Of a stretch of 64,000 bases of DNA, positions 1-11,729 are shown in pieces. The translations under genes were made by a program, and so were the position numbers. Origin of the DNA: Phoronis australis (lineage: Eukaryota > Animalia > Phoronida); contig NMRA01000176.1 in assembly GCA_002633005.1 (NCBI GenBank), positions 381,740-445,739 on the forward strand, in the 5' to 3' direction. Position 1 is the first letter of the stretch, and each line of letters begins with the position of its first letter. Under the pieces are notes generated by a model. It was not told the origin of the DNA. It saw only the letters and a list, made by a program, of their open reading frames with translations, and did not search any database.

Positions 1-892
1 GTCGAGTTCAACAACAACTGTCTGGCAGAGAGAAAAATGTGGCCAGTATTTCGTGCTCTCATTATGTTTGGCTCTGACAACAAACATTTTCCTTGATTTC
101 TGAAGTATAATATAAAAAACACTGATAGTATGTGTAAACATTCGTAAAATTTTATAGACTCGAACTCACGACACATTGGCGGCGACAAAAGTATTTTTAA
201 ATTTTCGTTTTGGAAGTTTGTAAATAGCATAGTTCGTGAAAAGCACATGTGATTAAGTTTTTGAATTTTGAAAATTGGACAACTGAAGAAATGTGAATTT
301 ATAACCTAAAAGTTTGTTTAATGTTACAATTTGTTCCTCGTTAATTTTACTGTGTTTGCAACGTAATTGGGCCAATTTGCCAAACCACCAGGCAACAGCT
401 GGATTTTGGGGCAAGCCAAGTGTCATCGTACAATTCCCGAGATGGTGCATAATTGCTTATACGTTAAGATTTGTTTTATGAGCCAGTTGTCTTATTACAT
501 GAAATAAATCAATGAATATAATACACACGTCTGATCGAGATATGTTTTAATTATAAGTTGGATGTTTTCAACAAATGCGTGGAAGGCCTGGCTTTTATTT
601 GCAAAACCATCTGCACATATTGTGGTACATGTATCGTATTGAAGACATGTGGTAATTAACGTACACAGTTTCTTCGTGGCGACGGACATGGATTTTTGAA
701 ACAACTGGGTGGATTATGCTGAAACTTGGCACCGACGCCGTAGCAGTGATTGTCAACCGGCACCAGCGTTGGACGGATCCAACATCGTTAGTGTCTCTTG
801 TTTGGCATTTTTCTGCAGTGGCTCGTTTGGTTAGTTTGTTGGCAGGTTATGGCGGTCAATTTGACGAATTTTATGAAAACGATTTATTTCAG

Positions 893-1020
893 TACCTGAC
901 GAGCAGCTTCTCTATCGCGACTTGATGTCATTGTATTTCAACACTGTGCGACCCGTCTACAATGCTTCGAGAATTCTCATCGTCAAGTTCGGCCTAAGAT
1001 TTAACCAAATCATCGACTTG
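893..1020 (+). CDS. nAChR-like exon (N-terminal helix, RPV motif)
   Basis: tttcag acceptor at 891-892, gtaagt donor at 1021; encodes PDEQLLYRDLMSLYFNTVRPVYNASRILIVKFGLRFNQIIDL. Confidence 0.9.
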
Positions 1021-4000
1021 GTAAGTATATTTCAGGCGCGGATCCAGTTGGTCCGGGGTTACCAGAGCCCGTGCTCTACCACTTCCATGGAGGAGGAACG
1101 TGGCGTGATCCCTGTATCGGGTTACTTCTAATTATGTGGTGGACAACAAACAGTCCTATAATAGGTTAACTTTCCTCTGAGTGGGTTACGATCAGTGGTA
1201 GTTTCGTTAATTAGAGGAAACCCTTTACCGAAAGCTATTAATCGCCAATACACTACTGCGCCATGTAGAGTACAGATGTACGGAAAAATCACCAAACTTG
1301 TTATATAAGGATGCTTCGATAACAAGAGGATATCCGTTACGGAATGTTATACTTATCGCTATGAAGGGACATGGGAAGATGCAAGTGTACCATAAAATAA
1401 ACAATATTTCAAAATTTGAACAGCCACAGCAGTCATCTACCAGTGGCGATGGGTCCACCAACCACGAGAGGTCAATAACCCGTTCTTTGTCTCGTTTCAG
1501 GATGAGCGTCTTCAGATTTTGACCACAAATGTCTTTGTAGACCAGGTTGGTAGGTCTGAAGTCATGAATCTTAGTCATAGGATACTTAAAGTTATGCACT
1601 GTAGGACCTGCGTATTAAGCCAGATATTTAGAAAACTATAGAATATAACTCCGCAACAAAAGTGTATATCTTCTGAAAGTAAAACTTCCGAAGAATTTGA
1701 TTTTTTGACTTTATACCAATCTACCATAAATTAGGTCACTCGGACCTAGCTTTTTAGTAAAAATGAGCGAAACAGAAAGGTGCATTCATTGCTAAAAACA
1801 TGAGCAAATTTTATATGATAAAAACGTTCAAGATAAAATATCAAAAACACTGCTACAGTTTTCAAAATTGCTCTTTCGTTTTCGTTCTATGCAACTTAAA
1901 AAATTTTTCATAAAAAACGTATAATACCTATTTCTGATAGACCCTCGTGCAAAAGTGGAACGTCACAAATAGTTCCTAAAGTGTTGTGTAGAACATTGCA
2001 TAGAAAATAGTCCCTGTAAGCCTTCATGTGAATCCTGCAAGCCATGTTTGGGATACAATGTTTCAAAATTGGCGAAAATTGAACATTTTTCTTGGGTTCT
2101 AAATAACCTTAAGCTGTAGCAGCCAGTGTCTTGTAAGTGTCACCCAAGATGACAGTGTTTTCCATAAGTTGTCCCCTTGCTGAACTGAGGAAACATGAAC
2201 TTCATTGTGCCGAAACGGAGTGACATAAGTAGACTAGTGAAGGATAGTAAAAAACTTTATAGTAAGTTAGTCTTTTCTTTTGAATACAGAAGAATGTTCA
2301 GTAAGTGGGACGTAAGGCAATCATCTTAGTCCTATGAAAGTTCCCAAGTGTTAATCACATGACTCACTTCCATTCAGGAGTGGTATGATGAAAGTCTCAC
2401 GTGGAACACGTCGGATTATAATGGTGTCACCAACATGCGAATGCCTGCTAAAGAACTGTGGCTTCCTGACACTTTTGTCTATAATAAGTAAGTGCACTGC
2501 CACCAGAGCTAAGATGGCGACTTGCAAAAATAAACCAACGAAACCTTTTTCGTTGATCTGTATTTCCTATGGCTGCATACAAGACTTGTAGTTTTGTTCG
2601 AGTGTTAAAAAACTCTTCTCAAATCATTGTTTTTGTTCACCAAATGCTTTCCAAGGTCTCCACCGTACAATCCTAAGTGAATAGCTGAAGAAATTGACCC
2701 CGCAAAGTAAGCTTTGCATAAGTCAGGGGCCCGTTCTGACTAAGCTAAGACAAATCTTTAATTTCAGTCAATTTTAAAAGAATACTTAAATTTGTCTGCA
2801 GTCTGCTTCAAGAAAGACATCTTTTAAGATAAACTTAAAAGTTTGACTTAAATTTTGATTAAGTTTTGTTTTAATTTTTGTTATCTTACTACATGTGGAA
2901 GTTTCAAAGATTTGAAGTTGCGACAAATTTTATACTTAAGCCAAAAATGAACTTCAGTCAGTTTCTTGGAACGGGCCCCAGGTCTTTCACTTTTAAAAAA
3001 CGATAACGTGCTGCTGAACCGTTGATGTCAGTTCCAGTTCGTGCACTCAGCCCTTCAAATAAGACAGATTTATAACAAAACTGCAAGGGCAACTGACAAA
3101 CTGGCTAAGTGTTAAAAGAGCAGCACCCAGTGGGTTGTACGCAAGGCACGTGCAATTTGCTAGTCACGGCGGGAAAGTTTCAGTCACCGTAACAATTAGT
3201 CGTCAGGAGAATTCAGACTTTTTATTGCTACTAATTTTTTAAATTCAAACAAATAAGAACGCAACGGCGTTGCTTTGGAAGAGCACTACGTTTGACACTT
3301 GAACATAGTTATAACGAGTTATTGAAAGTCGAACACATTTTTTGTAGTGCCGACAACGGGACCACTGGCTTCATGACCGGCGCTTACGTGAAAGTGGAGT
3401 CAGATGGCACTGTGAAGTGGCCAGTACCGGTCAAACTGAAGAGCTCCTGCAAAGTGGACATTTCTTATTTTCCTTTCGATGATCAGACCTGCGAACTCAT
3501 CTTCGGATCATGGATATATAGCAACCAGTTTATCGATTACGAGAACATGTACGAAGTTATGGACCTGTCCTGCTACGTAGACAACTCGGAGTGGGAACTT
3601 CTGAGCATCTCTGTTCGCAAAGAACTCAAGCCGCACACGGCTAGAGACGAAAAGTACAACCATTTGGTCTATGAGCTAAAGATACGACGAAAGACGTTTT
3701 ATTACATCTTTAACATTATCATACCCTGCACATCGCTCTCCGTTTTGACTCTGCTCACTTTCTGGTTACCCGCTGCAGCTGCTGAGAAAATAACTCTGGG
3801 GCTGTCCGTCTTCCTCGCCTTTTCCATGTTCATGCTTCTCATCGCTGAACAAGTACCAGCGACATCTAACACCGTCCCTTTGATAGGTAAGTTGATACGC
3901 AATACATTACCCCTATCACGTGACCACCATCACTTACCGGGAATTTCTGGAATTGAGGCCCAAACAAAAGTACGCCCATCGGCGTATTTAAGGAAAATTT

Positions 4001-6097
4001 TTCAAACGCATGCCCATGGACACATTTTCGGCAATGGTTTGCACGTTTTAAAAAACATCATTGATATGCTTTCATGTAAAATTTTGTTTATTTTGAGAGA
4101 AGATTATATTTTGGTATCGAGATTTCTCTCAAATAACTACCCTTTATCGAGATATTAGTCGATTTTGTTGGTAACTCGCCGTATTAGCACAGTGTGAAGG
4201 ACATCATCCTTGTCGTCGTCGTCAACATCGCCATCAGCGTTATCACCGTACTTTCTCCTATCTGGTTGGTCATCTCAATCTCTTCTTCATTCCCTTAGCC
4301 AGGCACCTTTTTCTGAAATGTCAGGGGGCGTTATTTTTGTCGAGACAGGCAGTGATACCTCAGCGAGCGCATTCACATCAGACTGGGCCTTTTATACGGT
4401 CGATGTAAAAGCACTGCCTAAATTCATATAGACACATTAACCAAGGCCGTCCATTACACATTTTCGTTTATACTGCCTACGTCCGCGCGTATAAGAGCTA
4501 CTGGAACAGCAAAGCCATTTTGAGAAATAGGACCTCCAGGTTACTTTTAAAAATCCAGTGGTAACTTATGCACTGAATTTCAGGTGTCTATCTTGCCACG
4601 GTGATGACAATGACATCGATGTCTGTGGTAATGGCTGTCATGGTAATTAATCTGTTTAACCGCGGTGCCAAAGTGCGACGCGCCCCTCGTTGGCTGTGCA
4701 AAGTGATGTTTAATGGTGTCGCCAGACTCTTGTTAATCAACACGGACGCTCTGAAGGAGTCATTCAGATTGGTGAGTGCGCTGCAGCCATTAGTTACTTA
4801 AACGTTTGGTGCGTTTTAGAAATGTCATTTAACATGTCACGAATAGTCTAAACACGTGAGGGCGGTCTCAAAATGTTAATACCTTCTTTACTAATCTCTT
4901 GTCTGTATTGTTGAAATGCTTGTTGTTTTGAACGTTTTAGAAAACCGTTGTCAAAACTCTGACGTTTGAGTTAAACCACTTATTGTTCTAATGATCTCTA
5001 TGTGTTCACTAATAACATAAGAAGAGATTTCTGAGCTTCTGCAGTGGGACAGGTCGTAAGGCCATGATATCCCCTTAAAACGACTCGCCGGGTCAAGACT
5101 AATCTCAAACAACAACGAATTGTCAGTTGTTCTGAAGCCCAGAAATCACTTCTCATCTGAATATGAGAGAAATCGAGGTAAATTTTACGACGACATGTTG
5201 TCTAAATCAAATGTTTATGTTTTTATAGCAGCTTACATATTATTTTCACAGCTAAAGGAAGAAGAGGGACGCCTTATTTCAACTCTGTTCGACGACAATG
5301 CTATTGGTTACCGCAAAAATCGTCGTGCCAAAAAGCAGCGAGAGCGCGCAAAGTATGTGGACCGACGACTGTCCACCATCGGCTGTATAGAAGGCTTGGA
5401 AGTCCTTCAGAGGCGCGTCAGTAGCACCAGCAGCCGTGGAAGTTATGCAAGTTTTCTCTATCCGGACACTAAGGTTAGCAGACGGTACAGTAACGCGCCA
5501 TCTATTAGCTCCGGTGAAGCCAGTCAAAGAAATTCCTACACCGAGTTTGATTTGCCCGTATTCAATATCGCACCATCGTCGGCACATGAGGACGGGCCCA
5601 CGTTAGCGGAGGAAATAGAATGCGCCGAAAAGGGTAGAAGAGATTTGGCTAGATCATGCAGCACAAAGTCCAATCAGTTCTTAGATGTTTACAATAGCCC
5701 ATACACGTCTTACCGCAGGGGTTCTTCGATGGAAGACATCTGGATAAAGCGAGAAGACGCAGAAAGGAAATCGATTCCGAAAAAGGAGGAGAAGAGGAGA
5801 TCAACATTTCTCAACGTTCCAGCTAACGACTCATTGAATAGCGCGTTTGAAACCCCGACACTGAACAGGGAATTGGTTAATTCGCGTTACTCTACGAAAC
5901 TACAGGCTTTGCAAAGCCGTAAAGAAATGATAGTAGAGTGGCAGACGATAGCGGTCATCATAGACCGTGCCCTCTTTTGGTTGTTTTGCGCCGCCTCGGT
6001 AGCAGCTTACATATGGATTCTCGTCGTGGAACCATCACTCAAGGCCAAAATAGAGAGAAATCTTCCACCATCTTTTAACTTAAGTTTAGCCTGTTGA
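893..6097 (+). CDS. Nicotinic acetylcholine receptor family (Cys-loop pLGIC) non-alpha subunit; exons 893-1020, 1501-1545, 2378-2487, 3348-3886, 4584-4771, 5252-6097; signal-peptide exon not firmly located
   Basis: All introns are GT-AG and the phases join in frame. The translation PDEQLLYRDLMSLYFNTVRPV..FNQIIDL|DERLQILTTNVFVDQ|EWYDESLTWN..LWLPDTFVYN|NAD..CKVDISYFPFDDQTC (Cys-loop)..GSWIY..RRKTFYYIFNIIIPC (M1)..AEKITLGLSVFLAFSMFMLLIAEQVPATS (M2)..VYLATVMTMTSMSVVMAVMVINL (M3)..EWQTIAVIIDRALFWLF (M4) is typical nAChR. The 45-nt and 110-nt exons are typical of the family. Confidence 0.95.
1501..1545 (+). CDS. nAChR-like 45-nt exon
   Basis: gtttcag|GATGAG...GACCAG|gttggt; encodes DERLQILTTNVFVDQ. 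Confidence 0.9.
2378..2487 (+). CDS. nAChR-like 110-nt exon (loop A)
   Basis: cattcag|GAGTGG...AATAA|gtaagt; encodes EWYDESLTWNTSDYNGVTNMRMPAKELWLPDTFVYN. Confidence 0.92.
2727..2978. mobile_element. PIF/Harbinger-type MITE in a nAChR intron
   Basis: Perfect TIR GGGCCCGTTC...GAACGGGCCC flanked by a 3-bp CAG direct repeat (2724-2726, 2979-2981); AT-rich non-coding interior. Confidence 0.75.
3348..3886 (+). CDS. nAChR-like exon: Cys-loop, loops B/C, M1, M2
   Basis: ttttgtag acceptor, gtaagt donor at 3887; core of ORF 3292..4158. Confidence 0.95.
4584..4771 (+). CDS. nAChR-like exon: M3 and MX helix
   Basis: tttcag acceptor, gtgagt donor; encodes VYLATVMTMTSMSVVMAVMVINLFNRGAKVRRAPRWL... Confidence 0.92.
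5252..6097 (+). CDS. nAChR-like terminal exon: cytoplasmic loop and M4
   Basis: ttttcacag acceptor; ends EWQTIAVIIDRALFWLFCAASVAAYIWILVV...LAC-TGA. Confidence 0.9.
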   Translation, partial: LKEEEGRLISTLFDDNAIGYRKNRRAKKQRERAKYVDRRLSTIGCIEGLEVLQRRVSSTSSRGSYASFLYPDTKVSRRYSNAPSISSGEASQRNSYTEFDLPVFNIAPSSAHEDGPTLAEEIECAEKGRRDLARSCSTKSNQFLDVYNSPYTSYRRGSSMEDIWIKREDAERKSIPKKEEKRRSTFLNVPANDSLNSAFETPTLNRELVNSRYSTKLQALQSRKEMIVEWQTIAVIIDRALFWLFCAASVAAYIWILVVEPSLKAKIERNLPPSFNLSLAC

Positions 6098-6423
6098 ACC
6101 AAGGTGGCGATTGACTGCAATTTGTTCGATACGTTTTCAACCATTAAAGCGGCTACCAACCGGCTTTCTATCACAAACCTGATGTTAGAGACCATCTACC
6201 ATTGTACTTGGTCTCAAATTGTACCTTAGTCAACTTGGAAGTGATTCCAGGGTTTTAAAAGAACTGACAGTTCGTTATTGCTTGAGAGGTTCTACAGTGT
6301 TTCTTGTCACAGGTGTCACATGGTCTCAAGGTCTGAAGGATAACGAACTCTCAGTTCTCAAACACAGTAATCACTTTTCGTACGGCACAATCTGGGATTA
6401 ATTTCATGCTGATAAGTGGCGTA

Positions 6424-6429
6424 AATAAA
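6424..6429 (+). terminator. Candidate polyadenylation signal of the nAChR-like gene
   Basis: AATAAA about 330 nt after the stop codon. Confidence 0.35.
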
Positions 6430-7805
6430 AGCTCCGCTTCTTGGACGGAACGCACGATCTCATTCCATGCCGATACTTGTCATCTGATTCCATGTGGATT
6501 ATTTTACCTACACGCGAGCAGGCTTGCTTTGTATCTTGACCGTCTCCTCATGCAACAGCAAGGACTATAGTGTACAAGCTGAGTCGCTTAACTGGTCATC
6601 GTCTTACTCGTTAGTTCCTGGCAAGTTGTCAACTTTTCTTTGATCATCGTGGTTGAATCCTCGTCGTTTTCGCGCAATGCGTGAACTCAGGACGAGTGTC
6701 TGTTTTTCGCTGCTCGATTATATTATGAGTGTGTTGTCCAACCTCGCACTTGATGATCTCCGGCCAGATTCGAGCGAAAAGTCGTGTAAAAATCGAACTT
6801 TCGAGTAAAACTCGTAATTTCGAGTTCAGACTAGAACCTATAGTGTTAATGCTGGGAACATCAAACAAGTCAGAATAAGACAATCATCCATATATACATT
6901 CAGACTATGGTGTATTAGAGTACAGAATAAAAAACACTTATTTTTAGTTTGCGCAAACGTAGCACGGAAATGGAAAACATGATTTCCAGTTCGTTTTCTA
7001 GACAAGTGCAAAGACAAAAATCCCGGGCCCAGGGCTTCGAAGTTCCGTTGACGCGAGAACCTCGCAAAATAGAAGATCACGCAAGACTTTGCGAGATGCC
7101 CCCCTACTTCGCAAGGGAAGTACCTGACCGCACTAGCTTTACTCGCGAGATTCTTGCGTCTACAACCCAGGCATTAGGATTTACGTTGTATAACATTCTT
7201 GTCACAGGTTGTTACGCGGCATGCTGAAGGCGTCCGTTTATTGTGCAATCGCGATCGTTATAACAAGAACTTCAAAACATTGCCAGTCCAAATCGGAATG
7301 TTCTAACCGAATAAAAGTGCAATTCTAGTGTCCATAACTGATCTCTCCTGTGATTCTCTTGGAATACATTCGTTTTTATCAGATAAGTTGGTCTAATCTG
7401 GAATGTAGCCATAGTCGTGTCTATGGAAAGAATTATGATACGTGTTCTGTCCTAACATCTCACATGTATCAGTGCACCACCAAAAGTCGAAAAAAATAAC
7501 TCAGAGTAAATCCTTTCAAACTTGATGAGTCCAATTACCAGCACTTGAGAATATAAGCTATGATTAAAGTGATTTAACCGGTTAAACTGAAAATTTAAAC
7601 TTTTCATTTTTGATATAAAGTCACGATTCTATAGGCCTGCTTTGATAAATAATGAAACAATGAAGCAAAGTATGTTGTAACAATTTCAGTAAAATCTTAC
7701 TTAAATACAAGTAAATGAGTACAACGTAACACGCTTTTCTCTGTCTTACCCTTAAATTTATAGAGAATCCTACACGAGTCTCAGGTTCATGACATGGACA
7801 AAACC

Positions 7806-7865
7806 TCTTGGAAATTTTGTCAAAATCTCGAGGCTTGCCGAGGTATTTTGACGAAATTTCCAGAG
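7806..7865. repeat. Imperfect hairpin (foldback)
   Basis: ggaaattttgtcaaaatctcg ... cgaggtattttgacgaaatttcc. Confidence 0.55.
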
Positions 7866-8225
7866 AATTTGCCCATGTCATAAAGCTGAGGCGAGTATTC
7901 GCCGCCGAATATACATGTATGTGTCCGTTTAAGAAGTTGTTTGTATGTCATTGTCCTTCCGATTGGGAGTACACACATGATATTGCTGCTTGGATGTCAT
8001 ATTGAACCTTGTCGCCTTTTACGACATCGGTTGTTGGTATCAGTGTTTTGCAGACGATAGAAAATGTAAGGCGTATGGATATCTACTTTGCACTACTTTG
8101 TGATTCTCCCGTGTTATGTAGAAAATTACGTACTCGGTGTTATTAACCAGTCGTGTTGTAACACATTCCAGTTCATGTGAGAAAAACATATCTGTACAAG
8201 TTGTACAATCACTGTCTCAGGCTTT

Positions 8226-8431
8226 GGCTTGAAATTAAGCATATGTGACCGGTTCTCCTAAAAATTTAATATTCTCTCTTTAGGTCCAAAGTCGCGATTT
8301 CATAAGCCCATCTAGATAAATAATAAAACAAGTTCATATAGCAAGGTAGGGCCTATATTGTAATATTTTCAGTAAAATCTGAAATATCAGTACAAGTCAG
8401 CATGTGTTTGTCCCTGGCTTAATTTCAAGCC
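8226..8431. mobile_element. MITE-like relic with a 15-bp inverted repeat
   Basis: ggcttgaaattaagc (8226-8240) / gcttaatttcaagcc (8417-8431); lies within degenerate gcacatctgtacaagttgt repeats. Confidence 0.45.
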
Positions 8432-8546
8432 CTCCTGTATGTTCCACTCTGCTAAAATTCAAACACATCTTCACAAATTGTAGACTCCAATATATCGGGT
8501 AAGTTCTATAAAGCTCCGCTTAAAATCACAGTCTCCTGCTCTGTTT

Positions 8547-10280
8547 TGAAGTTAAGCACAAGTGTACACATTAAAAAAGTGTACTGCACTGGGTTAAATT
8601 TGAGCACATCTGTACAAGTTGTCTAAACCACAGTACTCCACTCTGGCTTGAATTTAGGCGCATCTGTACAGGTTTTAAAACTCGGTATAATTTTCTCGCT
8701 AATGTAATGGATTCTTGAATAAGCGGAGTCCGGAATGTCGTGAGAAATGCCGATATTATTTTTATTCAGTCAAATCCAACAGGTTCCTTGATTTTACACA
8801 GGCTTCCAGGACATTAAACTTCTGTTTTGTCTTTGGAAGGTGCAGTAAAAGATATAACCATCTCATAGTAACTCTTCAGTGTGCTTTCAGTGAGCCAGAG
8901 TCGACTACGCTTTAGGGATGTTGACAGCTAGTTGTTTTTGGCTGAATGCAAATGCATGTGCAATGCATTTACAATTTTAAGAAAGCCAAGGATACGTCAG
9001 AATATGTAAATGTTACTACGATATAAAGTTGTCGTTTATGCGGTTTTCATGCTAAAATACCACCCATGCACTTCACACCAGACAAAGTACCACCCTATCA
9101 ACATGTCGCATTGGGTGACACCCCATATTCTGTGCAAACAATGTGGTCAGGGTGTGCGGGAAATTTCCAAAAATAAGCCCATGAGTGGATGTTCGGAAGA
9201 CTCAAAATGAAATTGAATATACGCACAGGCGTATTTCCGGAAAGAGAAGGGGCGTATTTTCGGAAATGATTAGTGATAAGTTTTGTTGTACACGACGTTG
9301 TTTGTCTGATACATGAATGAATGGCCCGAATAGATCGCTGACTCGCGTTAGCCGTCAGTTGGTAAAGGATGACCCAAGCTCATGGCAGTGAGGAAAGCAC
9401 AAAAAGTCCTTANTGAAGTTAAGCACAAGTGTACACATTAAAAAAGTGTACTGCACTGGGTTAAATTTGAGCACATCTGTACAAGTTGTCTAAACCACAG
9501 TACCCCACTCTGGCTTGAATTTAATCGCATCTGTACAGGTTTTAAAACTCAGTATAATTTTCTCGCTTATGTAATGGATTCTTGAATAAGCGGAGTCCGG
9601 AATGTCGTGAGAAATGCCGATATTATTTTTTATTCAGTCAAATCCAACAGGTTCCTTGATTTTACACAGGCTTCCAGGACATTAAACTTCTGTTTTGTCT
9701 TTGGAAGGTGCAGTAAAAGATATAACCATCTCATAGTAACTCTCCAGTGTGCTTTCAGTGAGCCAGAGTCGACTACGCTTTAGGGATGTTGCCAGCTAGT
9801 TGTTTTTGGCTGAATGCAAATGCATGTGCAATGCATTTACAATTTTATGAAAATCAAGGATACGTCAGAATATGTAAATGTTACTACGATAAAAAGTTGT
9901 CGTTTATGCGGTTTTCATGCTAAAATACCACCCATGCACTTCACACCAGACAAAGTACCACCCTATCAACATGTCGCATTGGGCGACACCCCATATTCTG
10001 TGCAAACAATGTGGTCAGAGTGTGCGGGAAATTTCCAAAAATAAGCCCATGAGTGGATGTTCGGAAAACTCAAAATGAAATTAAATATACGCACAGGCGT
10101 ATTTCCGGAAAGAGAAGGGGCGTATTTTCGGAAATGATTAGTGATAAGTTTTGTTGTACACGACGTTGTTTGTCTGATAGATGAATGAATGGCCCGAATA
10201 GATCGCTGACTCGCGTTAGCCGTCAGTTGGTAAAGGATGACCCAAGCTCATGGCAGTGAGGAAAGCACAAAAAGTCATTA
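8547..10280. repeat. 867-bp near-identical tandem duplication (8547-9412 / 9414-10280) joined by a single N
   Basis: Both copies start tgaagttaagcacaag and end aaaaagtc(c/a)tta; only scattered substitutions differ; n at 9413. Confidence 0.95.
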
Positions 10281-10482
10281 TTACAGTCTTCATATTCAAA
10301 TCATATAACGAGAATATATACAATACAATCGTTCAATACATCGTTTCGCGTGAGACATCTTCAGGGAAGATTTACAAAGGGTGACCAAGAAGAAAACATC
10401 ATTCAGATAAGGATTCGATCACACACACACAAAACAACATTTTGGCTCAAGAAAAATTTGGTGCGTATTCACATTTTTTAAA

Positions 10483-11729
10483 ATGGATTTGCAAATGGCA
10501 CAAAGAGACATTCGAGACTTTGTGAAAGTCACGATATCATGGTTTATCGACTTTATCTGGAACATTGTGCTAAGAACAAAAGAGAAAGTAAACTCTGTCA
10601 TTTGGAGAACTCCGCGCTACAAAGATGCTTTTGCAAGCACAACAATGGACGACACGTGGTTAGGAGATGTATCTGTTGAGAAAGCAGAAATTGGCATTGA
10701 ATTACTGGAATCGGGTGTCAGGTGTGTAGCAGACATTGACTGCAAATCAAAGGCACTTGCCGGGCAGGTCGCCATGTGCGAAATCGTACGTGAAATCGGA
10801 AACTCGTCAAGTATCCACGAAGCAGACGATAAATGTGAAAGTAACACTTCCGAGGAAGTGTTTCCCATTTCCCCCAGAGGAGAAGCGAATGGAAAATGTA
10901 AATAACAAGCCGATTGGTCGCCATACTGCTAGAGGTAGAAAAGTAGAGAAATTGGTTGGTAGAATCAAACCAGGCGAAGATGTTGGACGGAAAGTCATGC
11001 TCCCGTCAGGTATCGCTGAGTTGGCTGACGATGCTGATAAAAAGAAAAGTCAAGAGATCAGAAAGTAAAACCTTTGAAAGTGGCCACTTGGAAGACCCTG
11101 CACTATCAGAATTTACTGAGTCGACTGAATCGACAGTTTCCCCTGTCATCCGGAAGACGTTTACACAGAACACCCAAATCTCTGCACCTGAGACTCTGTG
11201 CAGCAAATCAAGGAACGTCGAAGGTATGCATCGAGAAGATGACAAAATGCACAGTTTCGCAAAATTGCCTCTAGATGCCAGCTCCTCTCGTGCTGCAAAC
11301 CTTCAAGCCAAGAACGAACCAGCGGTGGTTGAGAATGCCCGTCTTGAGTTTGATAGACCGTCTCCTGTTGCAACGTTGTCTCAGTGTGATTTATCCTTTG
11401 TCACCGGAGGAAATTCTTTGGTCACTGAATGCAAGACGAAAAGCAAAGCAATCATCAATCCAATCACCACTGAGGACATTCGTCTAGAAGACGTCAAGAA
11501 GTATGGAATCTAGCATATGCCTCTTGATGCCGTTTCTTCTGTTTCAGAGGACGGTGATTTTACGGATAAAACAAATGTTGTGAAACGTGAGGGACTTTTC
11601 AAACGTTTGAAATCACGATTCAGACGAAACAGTCACGTGAGCAAGGAATCTACTACTTCCTCTTTGCAGGCGCAAAGTTTTGCTTCACGATGGCGGCATT
11701 TGATGTGTTGTAATGCTTGTGAAGATTAG
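10483..11729 (+). pseudogene. Intronless orphan coding-like region broken by two frameshifts and one in-frame TAG (pseudogene, or miscalled gene)
   Basis: ORF 10483-10905 overlaps 10736-11068 (+1 frame), which overlaps 10956-11513 (+1 again). After TAG at 11511-11513 the same frame continues to 11729. Composition is protein-like throughout, GC is higher than the flanks, and AATAAA lies at about 11916. Confidence 0.55.

Noticed and set aside
6640-7230. CpG-rich stretch with short ORFs after the nAChR gene
   Set aside because: Probably repeat fragments, but I could not define termini, a family or a coding signal.
10861-11068. Programmed frameshifting or an intron as the explanation for the broken orphan ORF
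   Set aside because: The obvious gtaaat (10898)/atcag (11060) splice creates TAA and lacks a pyrimidine tract; three independent lesions fit decay better than recoding.
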